Shown here in pieces: positions 9,624-17,985 of a DNA stretch of 23,484 nucleotides. The DNA is taken from positions 1-23,484 of the forward strand of contig CAXXFV010000024.1 of assembly GCA_963674595.2 (NCBI GenBank). Direction: 5' to 3'. Origin of the DNA: a bacterium (GTDB taxonomy: Bacteria; Zhuqueibacterota; Zhuqueibacteria; Residuimicrobiales; Krinioviventaceae). Position numbers and translations under genes: made by a program. Positions within the stretch are counted from its first letter, which is position 1, and the number at the start of each line of letters is the position of its first letter. Under the pieces are notes generated by a model. That model saw nothing but the letters and a program-made list of their open reading frames with translations. It was not told the origin of the DNA and searched no databases.

Positions 9624-11023
9624 AATTGTTTCAGCCCGTAAAACACATTCAAAACCTGACGTTTAAACAAAATAAAATACAATACTGCATATAAACTAAT
9701 AAAAATTAAAATTTGCAGAAACAACGTTATCGATAAAAACTTGAACAACAGAAAAATTAAAATAAACATTATAAAATGAATACTGTTCTGACGGATAACA
9801 GTCCAGCTTTGGCTTAATTTGTAATAATAATAACTGCCTAACACAAAAATCACAGCATTGCTGAAAATAGTCGAGTAAACAGCTCCATAATAACTAAATT
9901 TTGGTATTGTTATGATGTTCAGGATCACATTTACAACAGCACCTGCAAGACTTGTTTTAAAATAATCTACCTGCCGGTCCGTAAACAACAAAGGAGATAA
10001 AAAGGTTGTGCTGGTAATAATTATAAAACATGAAACAGATAAAAGTGATAAAACAGGAATGGATTGAGAAAAACCGGTACCAAATAGTCGTAAAATGATT
10101 TGTTTACTAAAAATTATTAAAAAAGCACAAACAACACCGGCGGACAAACAGAGCACAGCCGAATATTGGGCCACCAAATCATTTAAAGCTTGAATATTAT
10201 TCTTTAAACGGGTCATTGAAGGGGCAAAACCGGTCTGCAGAATAACAGTTATACCGATAAATAATAAAATTACTTTATATGCGGCATTATACCAGCCAAC
10301 AACCTGGGGTTGGTCCATAATACCCAGTAAAAACGTGTCAAAAGAATAATAAACACGAATAACAACAATGGAAGCTGCCATTACCAGAGATACTTTTAAA
10401 GAAGGCTTGACATCGTTCCAAACAAGCTTATTTGAAAATGATATTTTGATTTTTTTTAACAACAAATACCAGATAAATATAGCAGCGATCATTTCTGATA
10501 AAGTACGAAAAAAGCCGACCATCCATAAATCAGAACGTGCATGGACCCAGATAAGCAAGGGAAGCAAATACAGGATTCGCCACCCGATTCGGAAGGCAGC
10601 AACACCTTGCATTTTTTCGAGTCCCTGAAGCGCAAATTCCGGCTTTAAGGCCTGTGCAAATACGATAAAAATTCCGCCCCACAACAACAGCCTTAATTCA
10701 TTATTAATATTTAAAATATAAAAAAACGGAACACAAATTATAAATAATAATATGGCCATTACAAAACGAATTTTCAAAATTTGTGAAATTATATCCGGTG
10801 CATCATTGTTTTTCCGGGCAATTTCCCGCATCCCATAAGTGGATAGCCCCAAATCAACAATAAGCATTAAATAAAGAAGTAGAGACTGAACAAAAGCCCA
10901 ATGTCCGAACCCTTCATCTGTCAATCTACGGGCCAGCCAAATGGTTGTAACAAAAGCCAGAAAACTGGAAAAAGCTTCGCCGGTTAATAAATGAAATAAA
11001 TTTTTTGCAATTCGTTTCATCAT
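9620..11023 (-). CDS. wzx: Wzx-type oligosaccharide flippase (MOP/PST family)
   Basis: RIAKNLFHL...LARRL..EGFG...DLGLSTYGMREIA, D.FLLG...VVGWYNAAYK and LNIITIPKFSYYGA; many TM segments. Confidence 0.88.
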   Translation of the reverse strand: MMKRIAKNLFHLLTGEAFSSFLAFVTTIWLARRLTDEGFGHWAFVQSLLLYLMLIVDLGLSTYGMREIARKNNDAPDIISQILKIRFVMAILLFIICVPFFYILNINNELRLLLWGGIFIVFAQALKPEFALQGLEKMQGVAAFRIGWRILYLLPLLIWVHARSDLWMVGFFRTLSEMIAAIFIWYLLLKKIKISFSNKLVWNDVKPSLKVSLVMAASIVVIRVYYSFDTFLLGIMDQPQVVGWYNAAYKVILLFIGITVILQTGFAPSMTRLKNNIQALNDLVAQYSAVLCLSAGVVCAFLIIFSKQIILRLFGTGFSQSIPVLSLLSVSCFIIITSTTFLSPLLFTDRQVDYFKTSLAGAVVNVILNIITIPKFSYYGAVYSTIFSNAVIFVLGSYYYYKLSQSWTVIRQNSIHFIMFILIFLLFKFLSITLFLQILIFISLYAVLYFILFKRQVLNVFYGLKQL

Positions 11024-11024
11024 T

Positions 11025-12797
11025 TTAGTAATTTAATCCCAAACTAAAGATGATTTCAGACCGTTTTTCAGAATTTTTTGTATATAGTTTTTTTTCAAAA
11101 TCTGTCACATAATGACTGAAATTCAAACACACATAACAATTTCGAAACAGCTCATAACTCAATTCGGTGCCGAAAATATTTGTTGTTTCCAAATCACCAT
11201 CCAGCAATTCAACATATTCCGGATCATTTAATACATTTCGTTGTCGAAAAAATGTTCCGCCCCAATTTTCACCGGCAGGATCAGCACCGTGTCTTCTAAA
11301 TTCATATCGCACTTTTAAGAGTAATTGTTTGGAATAGCGGTACGTTGTTTCGAAAAACAAATTTTCAGCATTTGGGCCAAGCCAGTGACCAAGTGGTGTT
11401 GTAAAATGACGATAATTTGTTACAAAATCTTTATGTGAATAAGTAAAGGGCCGGATACGTGTCCACTCAAGACGTGTGTCGAAATTATCAAAACCCAACG
11501 CATCAACATAAAACAAGCCCAGCGTATAACCATATTTATTACCGTAAAAACCGGTCCCAAGTTTTTTAGTCGTTACATCATCAATAAACAATTCACCATA
11601 AAGTTTGGTTTTTGGAATGACTTTTAATTCCCAGTCCAGTCCCATAACAGCATTGTCCCGGTCACCCAAATAGTGTTCGGCAGATCGAAAAAACATCACA
11701 GGATTGAAATAGGCCGGTTCAAATTTCCTGTCGGCAAAAACAACCATTTCATACATTCCAAGCTCCAGCCATTTTGCCGGTGCAAATTCCAAACGATGAG
11801 CTGCCAGCATTTTGTCTTCGTGTTCACCGTCAAAATAAGCGTCATAGTGCTGTAAAAAAGCCAGCATACTTGTAAATTTTAGACGCGGCCAAACAAGCTG
11901 CATTTTTATCAAATCATAACTTGTGGCAAGGTCCGACAACCCCAATTGCCCATGATATCCCGGTCCCCAGCGATTAGAGTCTTTACCATATTGTAACAGA
12001 AAATATTTCCATTGCCAGGTTACATAAGCCAAGGTTTCATCATGGTATAAATGGTCATTTCCGCCGCGTGCAAAGCCGAGTCCTTCACGGCTGAAATTTT
12101 TTACTCCGGGATAGTCCCGGGTCCCCCATTCTTTACTGTCTCTGACATCAATCACAAAACCAAGAGAAGAACCGATGGTTCCCCACATTGAAAATCCGTT
12201 GGTATCATGAAAGACCTTTTCCTGTTCCGAAAGCGTATCCGCTTCCGCATAAAGACGTTTCCGCCGCATAACAGGATCAATATAGACGTTTAATTCTTTA
12301 TGTTTAAACTGTAAAAAATTTCTGTTATTATGATAAAGAATATCCGGTAAAACCGCATCTACAAATTTATTCTTTTTTATTTGTTCAACACGTGAAATAT
12401 AATTATCAGAACTACCGTTATCTAATTCTTCCTGAAATTCAAAAGCGAGAAAAGACAACTGCTGTTGTTCTGTTTTCGATAAACGCAGATAAACTTGCTC
12501 ATCATTTATTAAAGGCGATAAATATCCGGCGATTTCTTTTCGGGTTAACGGTTTCGTCCCAGACAAAACAAAAGATAAAACACCCTTTGTTTCGCAACGG
12601 TCCAAAAATTCATAAACCCAATGTGACGACGGAACGTAAACAGTCTGCGACCATCCGTCAGCAATATTGAAAAAAATGGTTAATAGATATAAAACCCCGA
12701 TAAACCACTTGAAAAACGGTTTTAAATACAAGTTAAAAATAATCGACCTCGCTGCTTTACAATAGTTGCTAAAAATTCTAATGGTCGTATTTATCAT
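11025..12797 (-). CDS. Capsule assembly Wzi-family outer-membrane beta-barrel protein
   Basis: N-terminal HWVYEFLDR..KG...KPLTR.EIA helix, GKDSNRWGPGYHGQLGLSD, AHRLE, YGELFIDD, LGHWLGPNA and a C-terminal aromatic residue (SLGLNY). Start uncertain; overlaps the upstream gene by 20 nt. Confidence 0.72.
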   Translation of the reverse strand: MINTTIRIFSNYCKAARSIIFNLYLKPFFKWFIGVLYLLTIFFNIADGWSQTVYVPSSHWVYEFLDRCETKGVLSFVLSGTKPLTRKEIAGYLSPLINDEQVYLRLSKTEQQQLSFLAFEFQEELDNGSSDNYISRVEQIKKNKFVDAVLPDILYHNNRNFLQFKHKELNVYIDPVMRRKRLYAEADTLSEQEKVFHDTNGFSMWGTIGSSLGFVIDVRDSKEWGTRDYPGVKNFSREGLGFARGGNDHLYHDETLAYVTWQWKYFLLQYGKDSNRWGPGYHGQLGLSDLATSYDLIKMQLVWPRLKFTSMLAFLQHYDAYFDGEHEDKMLAAHRLEFAPAKWLELGMYEMVVFADRKFEPAYFNPVMFFRSAEHYLGDRDNAVMGLDWELKVIPKTKLYGELFIDDVTTKKLGTGFYGNKYGYTLGLFYVDALGFDNFDTRLEWTRIRPFTYSHKDFVTNYRHFTTPLGHWLGPNAENLFFETTYRYSKQLLLKVRYEFRRHGADPAGENWGGTFFRQRNVLNDPEYVELLDGDLETTNIFGTELSYELFRNCYVCLNFSHYVTDFEKKLYTKNSEKRSEIIFSLGLNY

Positions 12798-13860
12798 CTA
12801 AAATCTGAGCAATAAGCTCACCGGCATTTCCTTTTCCATAATGCTGTTTCTGTTCAGTAACAGGTGAAAAAGTGTTGATTGCCTGAACTATTTTCTCTTT
12901 TGATGCGCCAGTCAGGAGGTTCCAACCATCCTGAACAGTTTCGATCCACTCTGTTTCATCTCTCATGGTTATACAGGGCACACCAAAAAAATATGCTTCT
13001 TTTTGCACACCGCCGGAATCGGTAACGATTTTTTCTGCATGTTGTTCCAGTTGAATCATATCCAGATACCCGACAGGCTCGATAATTTTTATATGTTCCA
13101 TTGCGGTTAATTTTTTCCAAAAATCATATTTTTGCAAAAATCCAACCGTCCGTGGATGAACCGGAAAAACAACTTTTTTTGCCGATTCGGCAAGAGCCCC
13201 AACAATGTTTTGCATTCTGGCCGGATCATTGGTATTTTCAGCACGATGACACGTCACCAGAACATAGTCCTTAGGCTCTAAATTTAATATACTAAAAATT
13301 TCTGACTTTTGCCCAGCAATTTTTTTAAATTGTTGAACAGCGTCATACATTACATCACCTATCAAAAAAACATTGGATGTTATACCTTCATTTCTTAAAT
13401 GATCCACAGATATTTGTGTAGGGCAAAACAAAACATTTGAAATTTTATCCGTCAACACCCGGTTAACCTCTTCAGGCATGGCTCTATTGAAACTGCGCAA
13501 ACCCGCTTCAACATGAGCAACCGGAATACCAAGCTTGCTTGCCGTAACACTTGCTGCCAAGGTTGAGTTTGTATCACCATATACCAGTACAAAGTCCGCA
13601 TTTTGTTGTTGCAGGATTTTTTCCAATCCAATCATCATTTGTCCAGTTTGCTGCGCATGACTTCCGGATCCGATTTCCAAATTAACGTCCGGTTCCGGTA
13701 TATTCATTTCCTGAAAAAACAACCGGCTCATATTTTCATCATAATGTTGGCCGGTATGAACAAGAAATTCCTTGTGCTTTTTTCGTAATGCCTTTGAAAC
13801 CGGTGACGCTTTAATAAACTGTGGTCGTGCGCCTACAACAGAAACTATTTTCAATCCCAT
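12778..13860 (-). CDS. wecB: Non-hydrolysing UDP-N-acetylglucosamine 2-epimerase family, WbpI-like subfamily
   Basis: GARPQFIK, HTGQHYD, YGDTNSTLA, HVEAGLRSFN..MPEE.NR, HRAEN, TDSGGVQKEA and RDETEW. Confidence 0.92.
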   Translation of the reverse strand: MGLKIVSVVGARPQFIKASPVSKALRKKHKEFLVHTGQHYDENMSRLFFQEMNIPEPDVNLEIGSGSHAQQTGQMMIGLEKILQQQNADFVLVYGDTNSTLAASVTASKLGIPVAHVEAGLRSFNRAMPEEVNRVLTDKISNVLFCPTQISVDHLRNEGITSNVFLIGDVMYDAVQQFKKIAGQKSEIFSILNLEPKDYVLVTCHRAENTNDPARMQNIVGALAESAKKVVFPVHPRTVGFLQKYDFWKKLTAMEHIKIIEPVGYLDMIQLEQHAEKIVTDSGGVQKEAYFFGVPCITMRDETEWIETVQDGWNLLTGASKEKIVQAINTFSPVTEQKQHYGKGNAGELIAQILDDKYDH

Positions 13861-13864
13861 AAAA

Positions 13865-14635
13865 TTAATCCCACCCCTGATTTTTCAACAACTGTTCTTC
13901 CGGTACCGGCCTAAGCACTCGTGCCGGGGAACCAACAACAATCTGACCGGCAGGGACATCTTTGGTGACAACAGCACCGGCAGCAACAACAGCGTCCTGC
14001 CCGACAACCTTTCCGGGTAAAATAACGGCATTACCACCAATACGTCCGCCGGTTTCAATGGTTACACCTTTGAAATGTTTAAAACGCTCCTGAGTTCGCC
14101 CCAAAAAGTTATCGTTTGTGGTGTGAACGCCCGGAGCAATAAAACAATAATCACCGATTTTTGAATAAGCCGTAATATAACAATTTGTTTCCAGCTTGCA
14201 TTTTTTACCGATTTCGGTAAAATTTTCTACTGTTGCATTGCGGCCGATAATGGTATATTCACCGATTGTTACATTTTCTCTAACAGCCGCGCCATCGGCT
14301 ACGAGGACAAAAGACTCAATTTTACATCCGGTATAGATTACAACCTGCGCTCCTATCATACAATTATTGCTGATTGTTGCAGCCGGAAGCTGTTTTTCAT
14401 CTTTAAATATACTTCTTTTTGAACGCATCGGTTGTTTTCCCACAACCGTACAGGCATCTATGCGTACATCATTACCGATTATGGTACCTTCGTGAATCAC
14501 CACATTATGCCCTATTTGACAGTTTTCACCAATTTCAACACCATCTTCAATGACAGTGAAATGACCAATTGTTGTATTTGAACCGATTTTTGCTTTTTCA
14601 GAAATATATTGCATATCTTTTTCCCAAAATTTCAT
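13865..14635 (-). CDS. Hexapeptide-repeat (left-handed beta-helix) sugar N-acyltransferase, WbpD/WlbB-like
   Basis: Extensive [LIV]-G-x4 repeats, FIAPGVHTTND and VAAGAVVTKDVP...VVGSPAR. An alternative start at 14614 (MQYISEK) is possible. Confidence 0.85.
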   Translation of the reverse strand: MKFWEKDMQYISEKAKIGSNTTIGHFTVIEDGVEIGENCQIGHNVVIHEGTIIGNDVRIDACTVVGKQPMRSKRSIFKDEKQLPAATISNNCMIGAQVVIYTGCKIESFVLVADGAAVRENVTIGEYTIIGRNATVENFTEIGKKCKLETNCYITAYSKIGDYCFIAPGVHTTNDNFLGRTQERFKHFKGVTIETGGRIGGNAVILPGKVVGQDAVVAAGAVVTKDVPAGQIVVGSPARVLRPVPEEQLLKNQGWD

Positions 14636-15876
14636 TTTCTTTTTGCTGTTATATTTTTTATTCGTAACCAGTCGTTTTTAAATTCAGATAAAATTCTATC
14701 AAGCTGTTGTTTTTCCTGCGGACGGTTTGAAAGGCCGCCCATATACTCTTTGATAAAAATGTAAAAACCGGTAAATATTATACTCAATAAGCCAAAAACG
14801 ATAACCAACAACTTTCGTTTTGGGGCGCTTTTAATAACCGGAGGAACCGCCTCATCCAACACCTGAACGGTTGGTGTATCTCTGGCTTCTTCTATTTTTG
14901 CCTGATAAAACTGCTGGTTGAGTAATTCCCACACGGTTTGTTGTACTTTAACATCGCGCATTAATTCCGCCAGTTGCAGCCCAACTTCAGGGACCTCGGA
15001 AAACGGAAGATAAAACTCTCTGTTATCACCTCCTGAAGCAGCAGGATACTGTAAATCATTATAATTCGCATAGAGTTCTTCAAGCTCTTTTTCAGCCCTT
15101 ACAATGAGCGGATTTTCAGGCTTCATGGTTTGCCGCATAACACCAAGTTGTACTTCTTTGGCAATAATTTGCCCTTTAAGTTCGCCGGCCTGTTCAATGG
15201 AAGCTCTTGTTTGTTCTTCAAGAGAAACAGCTTTATATTTTTGTTGAAACTCGGCTAATTTTTTAGTAGCCTGATGCAGTTTAATTTTGGTTTCTTCGAG
15301 TTGTGACTCGATATAAACCCTTGAATTTTTAGCGCGTGATACACTTTTCCCCTGGTTTACCAAATCCAATTCTTTTACAAAAGCATTAGCAACATCCGCA
15401 GCCAGTTGCGGGGTAGACAATTCCGCTGAAACAGAAATAATACCCTGCTTGGAAACAGTAAAACCGGCAAACTTGTTGACATTTAACAGTGCTTTATCAA
15501 TATTCGAAAATCCCAATATTTTATAAAGCTGTAAAGAATCCGATTTATATTTATAATAACGATTCAAAACGCGCTTTGAAACAGTACGGCTTTTCAAAAT
15601 CTCCAATAAAATTTCCGCTGAAGATGCCTGAGATGGTAAAGAAATTCCCGGAACGGAAACATCGGATAAAACACTGGTCATGGAAAATTTTTCCTGTTCC
15701 TGTGGCGGCATTAATGTGGTTTGTGCCAGATATTTATTTGGAAGTAAATAGGATAAAATAATAACAGCAACAACGGTGATGAAAAAATTCTTGATTAGGA
15801 TTTTTCTGGCTTTTACAATCACCAAAACATAATCAAGCAAATGGATTTCTTTAATTTTATCTGAGGTAGAGGACAT
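14632..15876 (-). CDS. Polysaccharide co-polymerase / chain-length determinant (Wzz/GNVR), no tyrosine kinase domain
   Basis: EIHLLDY N-terminus, TM1, YLAQTTLMPP, EILKSR, long coiled coil with PENPLI, VQVLDEAVPP..KSAPKR, TM2 and a short tail without Walker A. Confidence 0.85.
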   Translation of the reverse strand: MSSTSDKIKEIHLLDYVLVIVKARKILIKNFFITVVAVIILSYLLPNKYLAQTTLMPPQEQEKFSMTSVLSDVSVPGISLPSQASSAEILLEILKSRTVSKRVLNRYYKYKSDSLQLYKILGFSNIDKALLNVNKFAGFTVSKQGIISVSAELSTPQLAADVANAFVKELDLVNQGKSVSRAKNSRVYIESQLEETKIKLHQATKKLAEFQQKYKAVSLEEQTRASIEQAGELKGQIIAKEVQLGVMRQTMKPENPLIVRAEKELEELYANYNDLQYPAASGGDNREFYLPFSEVPEVGLQLAELMRDVKVQQTVWELLNQQFYQAKIEEARDTPTVQVLDEAVPPVIKSAPKRKLLVIVFGLLSIIFTGFYIFIKEYMGGLSNRPQEKQQLDRILSEFKNDWLRIKNITAKRK

Positions 15877-15904
15877 ATAGATTAAAACCCTTACTGTAAT
15901 ATTT

Positions 15905-17854
15905 CTAATCTACAGCATTTTGAATAACAAGAAAAATAGCGGCGATTTGCCCTGCTACTAAAATTGTATCTCTGAAAATCTGCCAGTAATTTCGGTCTGG
16001 TTTTCTGGGGACCCAAATTCGGTCACCAGGGGCGAATTCATCGACATCTTCATCGTCTTTAATTTCACCGGTTACTTTGATAACTTTGGTTTTTTTAGGG
16101 GCAGAATCCCAACTATAGCCACCGGCTTTGTTAATATAATAACGTAAATCAGCATTTTCTTTATAAAGGATTCCACCTGGATTTGATACCCGCCCGGTTA
16201 CAAGAACGACATTGGGTTGTTTAGGAATGGTAATAACATCACCTTCTTCCAGAACAACATTTTCATCCTGATTACCCCTGATTAACAAATCGTAAAAATC
16301 GACAACAATTTCCCGAATATCAGCCGTATTTTCTTTCATAACCAGATATTCGTATTCCAGGTCACTCATTTCTTCACGATTCATGGCTTTGAGTCGTTCA
16401 TACTCTTTATCTTCAACCATGGGTTCACGTTTACGCACCAACTTTGCTTCATTAATATGAGCATCATCAGTTAATCCGCCGGCCTGTTTAATTATATCCT
16501 CAAGTTTAGTGGAATCTTTAACGATCGGATAATATCCCGGAAAACAAACTTCACCACGGACCTCAACCAATGGCCCAACTTGCCATTCCGGAATTCTGCG
16601 AATAAACACATGATCATCCACTTCAAGCAATTGATTTTGGTCAGAATCCGGATTTTTCAATGCCTGCTGCAAAATCACTTTATTTACCTTAACCGGCTCT
16701 TTGGGATCTACCTTGGCGATCTCTGCCTGTAATAAATAGGCTTGCCGTGTCAGGCTTCCGGCCTTTAAAATCAGGTCGCACAGTCGCATGTTTTCTTCAA
16801 AATAATACTCACCGGGATTCGTCACCTCACCGTGAATATGAACGACTTCTTCCGGTAACTGGTTTAACTTGGAATAAATAAATAATCGATCGTTATTTTG
16901 CATTATTTTATTTACGTTCAGACTATCTGCTTGTTTAATCTGGTTAAAATCAAAATAAGAAATTTTACGCTCGCCGTTCTCTTTCATTCGGCTGAATTCA
17001 ATACGCTGTAAAAAAGCCAAATCCGTAAGATTTCCCGCAATTGCAATAATATCAGAAATTCGTTCTTCTTTATTTGGATTCAATTCGTAAATAGCTGGTC
17101 TATTAATTTCCCCGGAAATTTCAACTACGGATTTTATAATAGGTACAAAAATCCGGTCACCATTTTGAAGAAAAATAGAAAAATGCCTACCTTTCGGTTT
17201 TAACAAAAAGTCATACAAATCAATATGATAAATCAAACTATCATTTCTAAAAATCTGTATATCCCGCAGCGAACCTTTTTCAGTTGGGGATTTTGCATAT
17301 AACAAAACATCCAAAACTGTACTTGATCCGCTTACAGTATAATCACCGGGAGCATTCACTTCACCGGCAACACCGATTCGAATATTTTTTGGCGCTAATA
17401 ATATAACATCGACGTCGTAATTACTATAAAACGGTTCTAATTTTTGGTCTAAATATTTTTCAAATTGTTTGATGGTTTGCTTATATACGGAAAGCACACC
17501 GACGGTAGGTATATAAATCTTATTGTCTGAGCTTATTATAACATCATAATATTGTTGTGCTTTACCGCCAAAAAACACTCCCAGGTGGTCGCCCGGACCC
17601 AGAATATAATCTGAAACGGATATAAGGCCGCCTGCACCGGCTGGTGCTGTAAAATTATTTTCGAAAATTTGCGTTCCAAATCGTTGCAATCCCAGGGATT
17701 CAGCCTCAGTTGCTTCCTGTTGTGGAACCGCAGAGATATTCCTTGTAACACGTCCCGAAATCACTTGCTTTTGCAGGATTGACTTTTGACTTTGTGCGAA
17801 TAACGAAAACCCGAGAAAATAAAAAATAAATAAAAAATAGATTTTTCTTTCCAT
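15905..17854 (-). CDS. Polysaccharide export protein with multiple SLBB domains (Wza/KpsD-like)
   Basis: DYILGPGD Poly_export motif followed by repeated V.GEV..PG.Y...GG...L..GD.I.VP units. Start placed at MERKIYF (ATG 17854), giving an SPI-type signal peptide FLGFSLFA|Q. Confidence 0.88.
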   Translation of the reverse strand: MERKIYFLFIFYFLGFSLFAQSQKSILQKQVISGRVTRNISAVPQQEATEAESLGLQRFGTQIFENNFTAPAGAGGLISVSDYILGPGDHLGVFFGGKAQQYYDVIISSDNKIYIPTVGVLSVYKQTIKQFEKYLDQKLEPFYSNYDVDVILLAPKNIRIGVAGEVNAPGDYTVSGSSTVLDVLLYAKSPTEKGSLRDIQIFRNDSLIYHIDLYDFLLKPKGRHFSIFLQNGDRIFVPIIKSVVEISGEINRPAIYELNPNKEERISDIIAIAGNLTDLAFLQRIEFSRMKENGERKISYFDFNQIKQADSLNVNKIMQNNDRLFIYSKLNQLPEEVVHIHGEVTNPGEYYFEENMRLCDLILKAGSLTRQAYLLQAEIAKVDPKEPVKVNKVILQQALKNPDSDQNQLLEVDDHVFIRRIPEWQVGPLVEVRGEVCFPGYYPIVKDSTKLEDIIKQAGGLTDDAHINEAKLVRKREPMVEDKEYERLKAMNREEMSDLEYEYLVMKENTADIREIVVDFYDLLIRGNQDENVVLEEGDVITIPKQPNVVLVTGRVSNPGGILYKENADLRYYINKAGGYSWDSAPKKTKVIKVTGEIKDDEDVDEFAPGDRIWVPRKPDRNYWQIFRDTILVAGQIAAIFLVIQNAVD

Positions 17855-17892
17855 ACTTCCACACACACAAATAAATAGTTATAATAATTTGA

Positions 17893-17921
17893 AATATAAA
17901 CATTTAAACCTTATTAGTCAA
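17893..17921 (-). promoter_or_regulatory. Putative sigma-70 promoter for the polysaccharide operon
   Basis: Minus strand TTGACT (17921-17916), 17-nt spacer, TATATT (17898-17893), about 40 nt upstream of the exporter ATG. Confidence 0.55.
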
Positions 17922-17962
17922 TAAAATAAAGGCCCGAGTCCATTGCGGACTCGAGGCCTTTT
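17921..17962 (-). terminator. Rho-independent terminator after the large CTD protein gene
   Basis: Minus strand AAAGGCC(T)CGAGTCC-GCAAT-GGACTCGGGCCTTT followed by ATTTTATT. Confidence 0.8.
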
Positions 17963-17985
17963 GGGGGAGGGGCAGAGGAAAGTAT

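Noticed and set aside
13865-14635. LpxD/LpxA assignment for the hexapeptide protein
   Set aside because: It lacks the LpxD N-terminal and helical C-terminal domains. The TND motif and context favour a nucleotide-sugar N-acyltransferase.
17860-17869. Short (CA)n run upstream of the exporter
   Set aside because: Too few units to be a credible contingency repeat.
17855-17985. ops/JUMPStart antitermination element before the polysaccharide operon
   Set aside because: No GGCGGTAG-like sequence in this leader.
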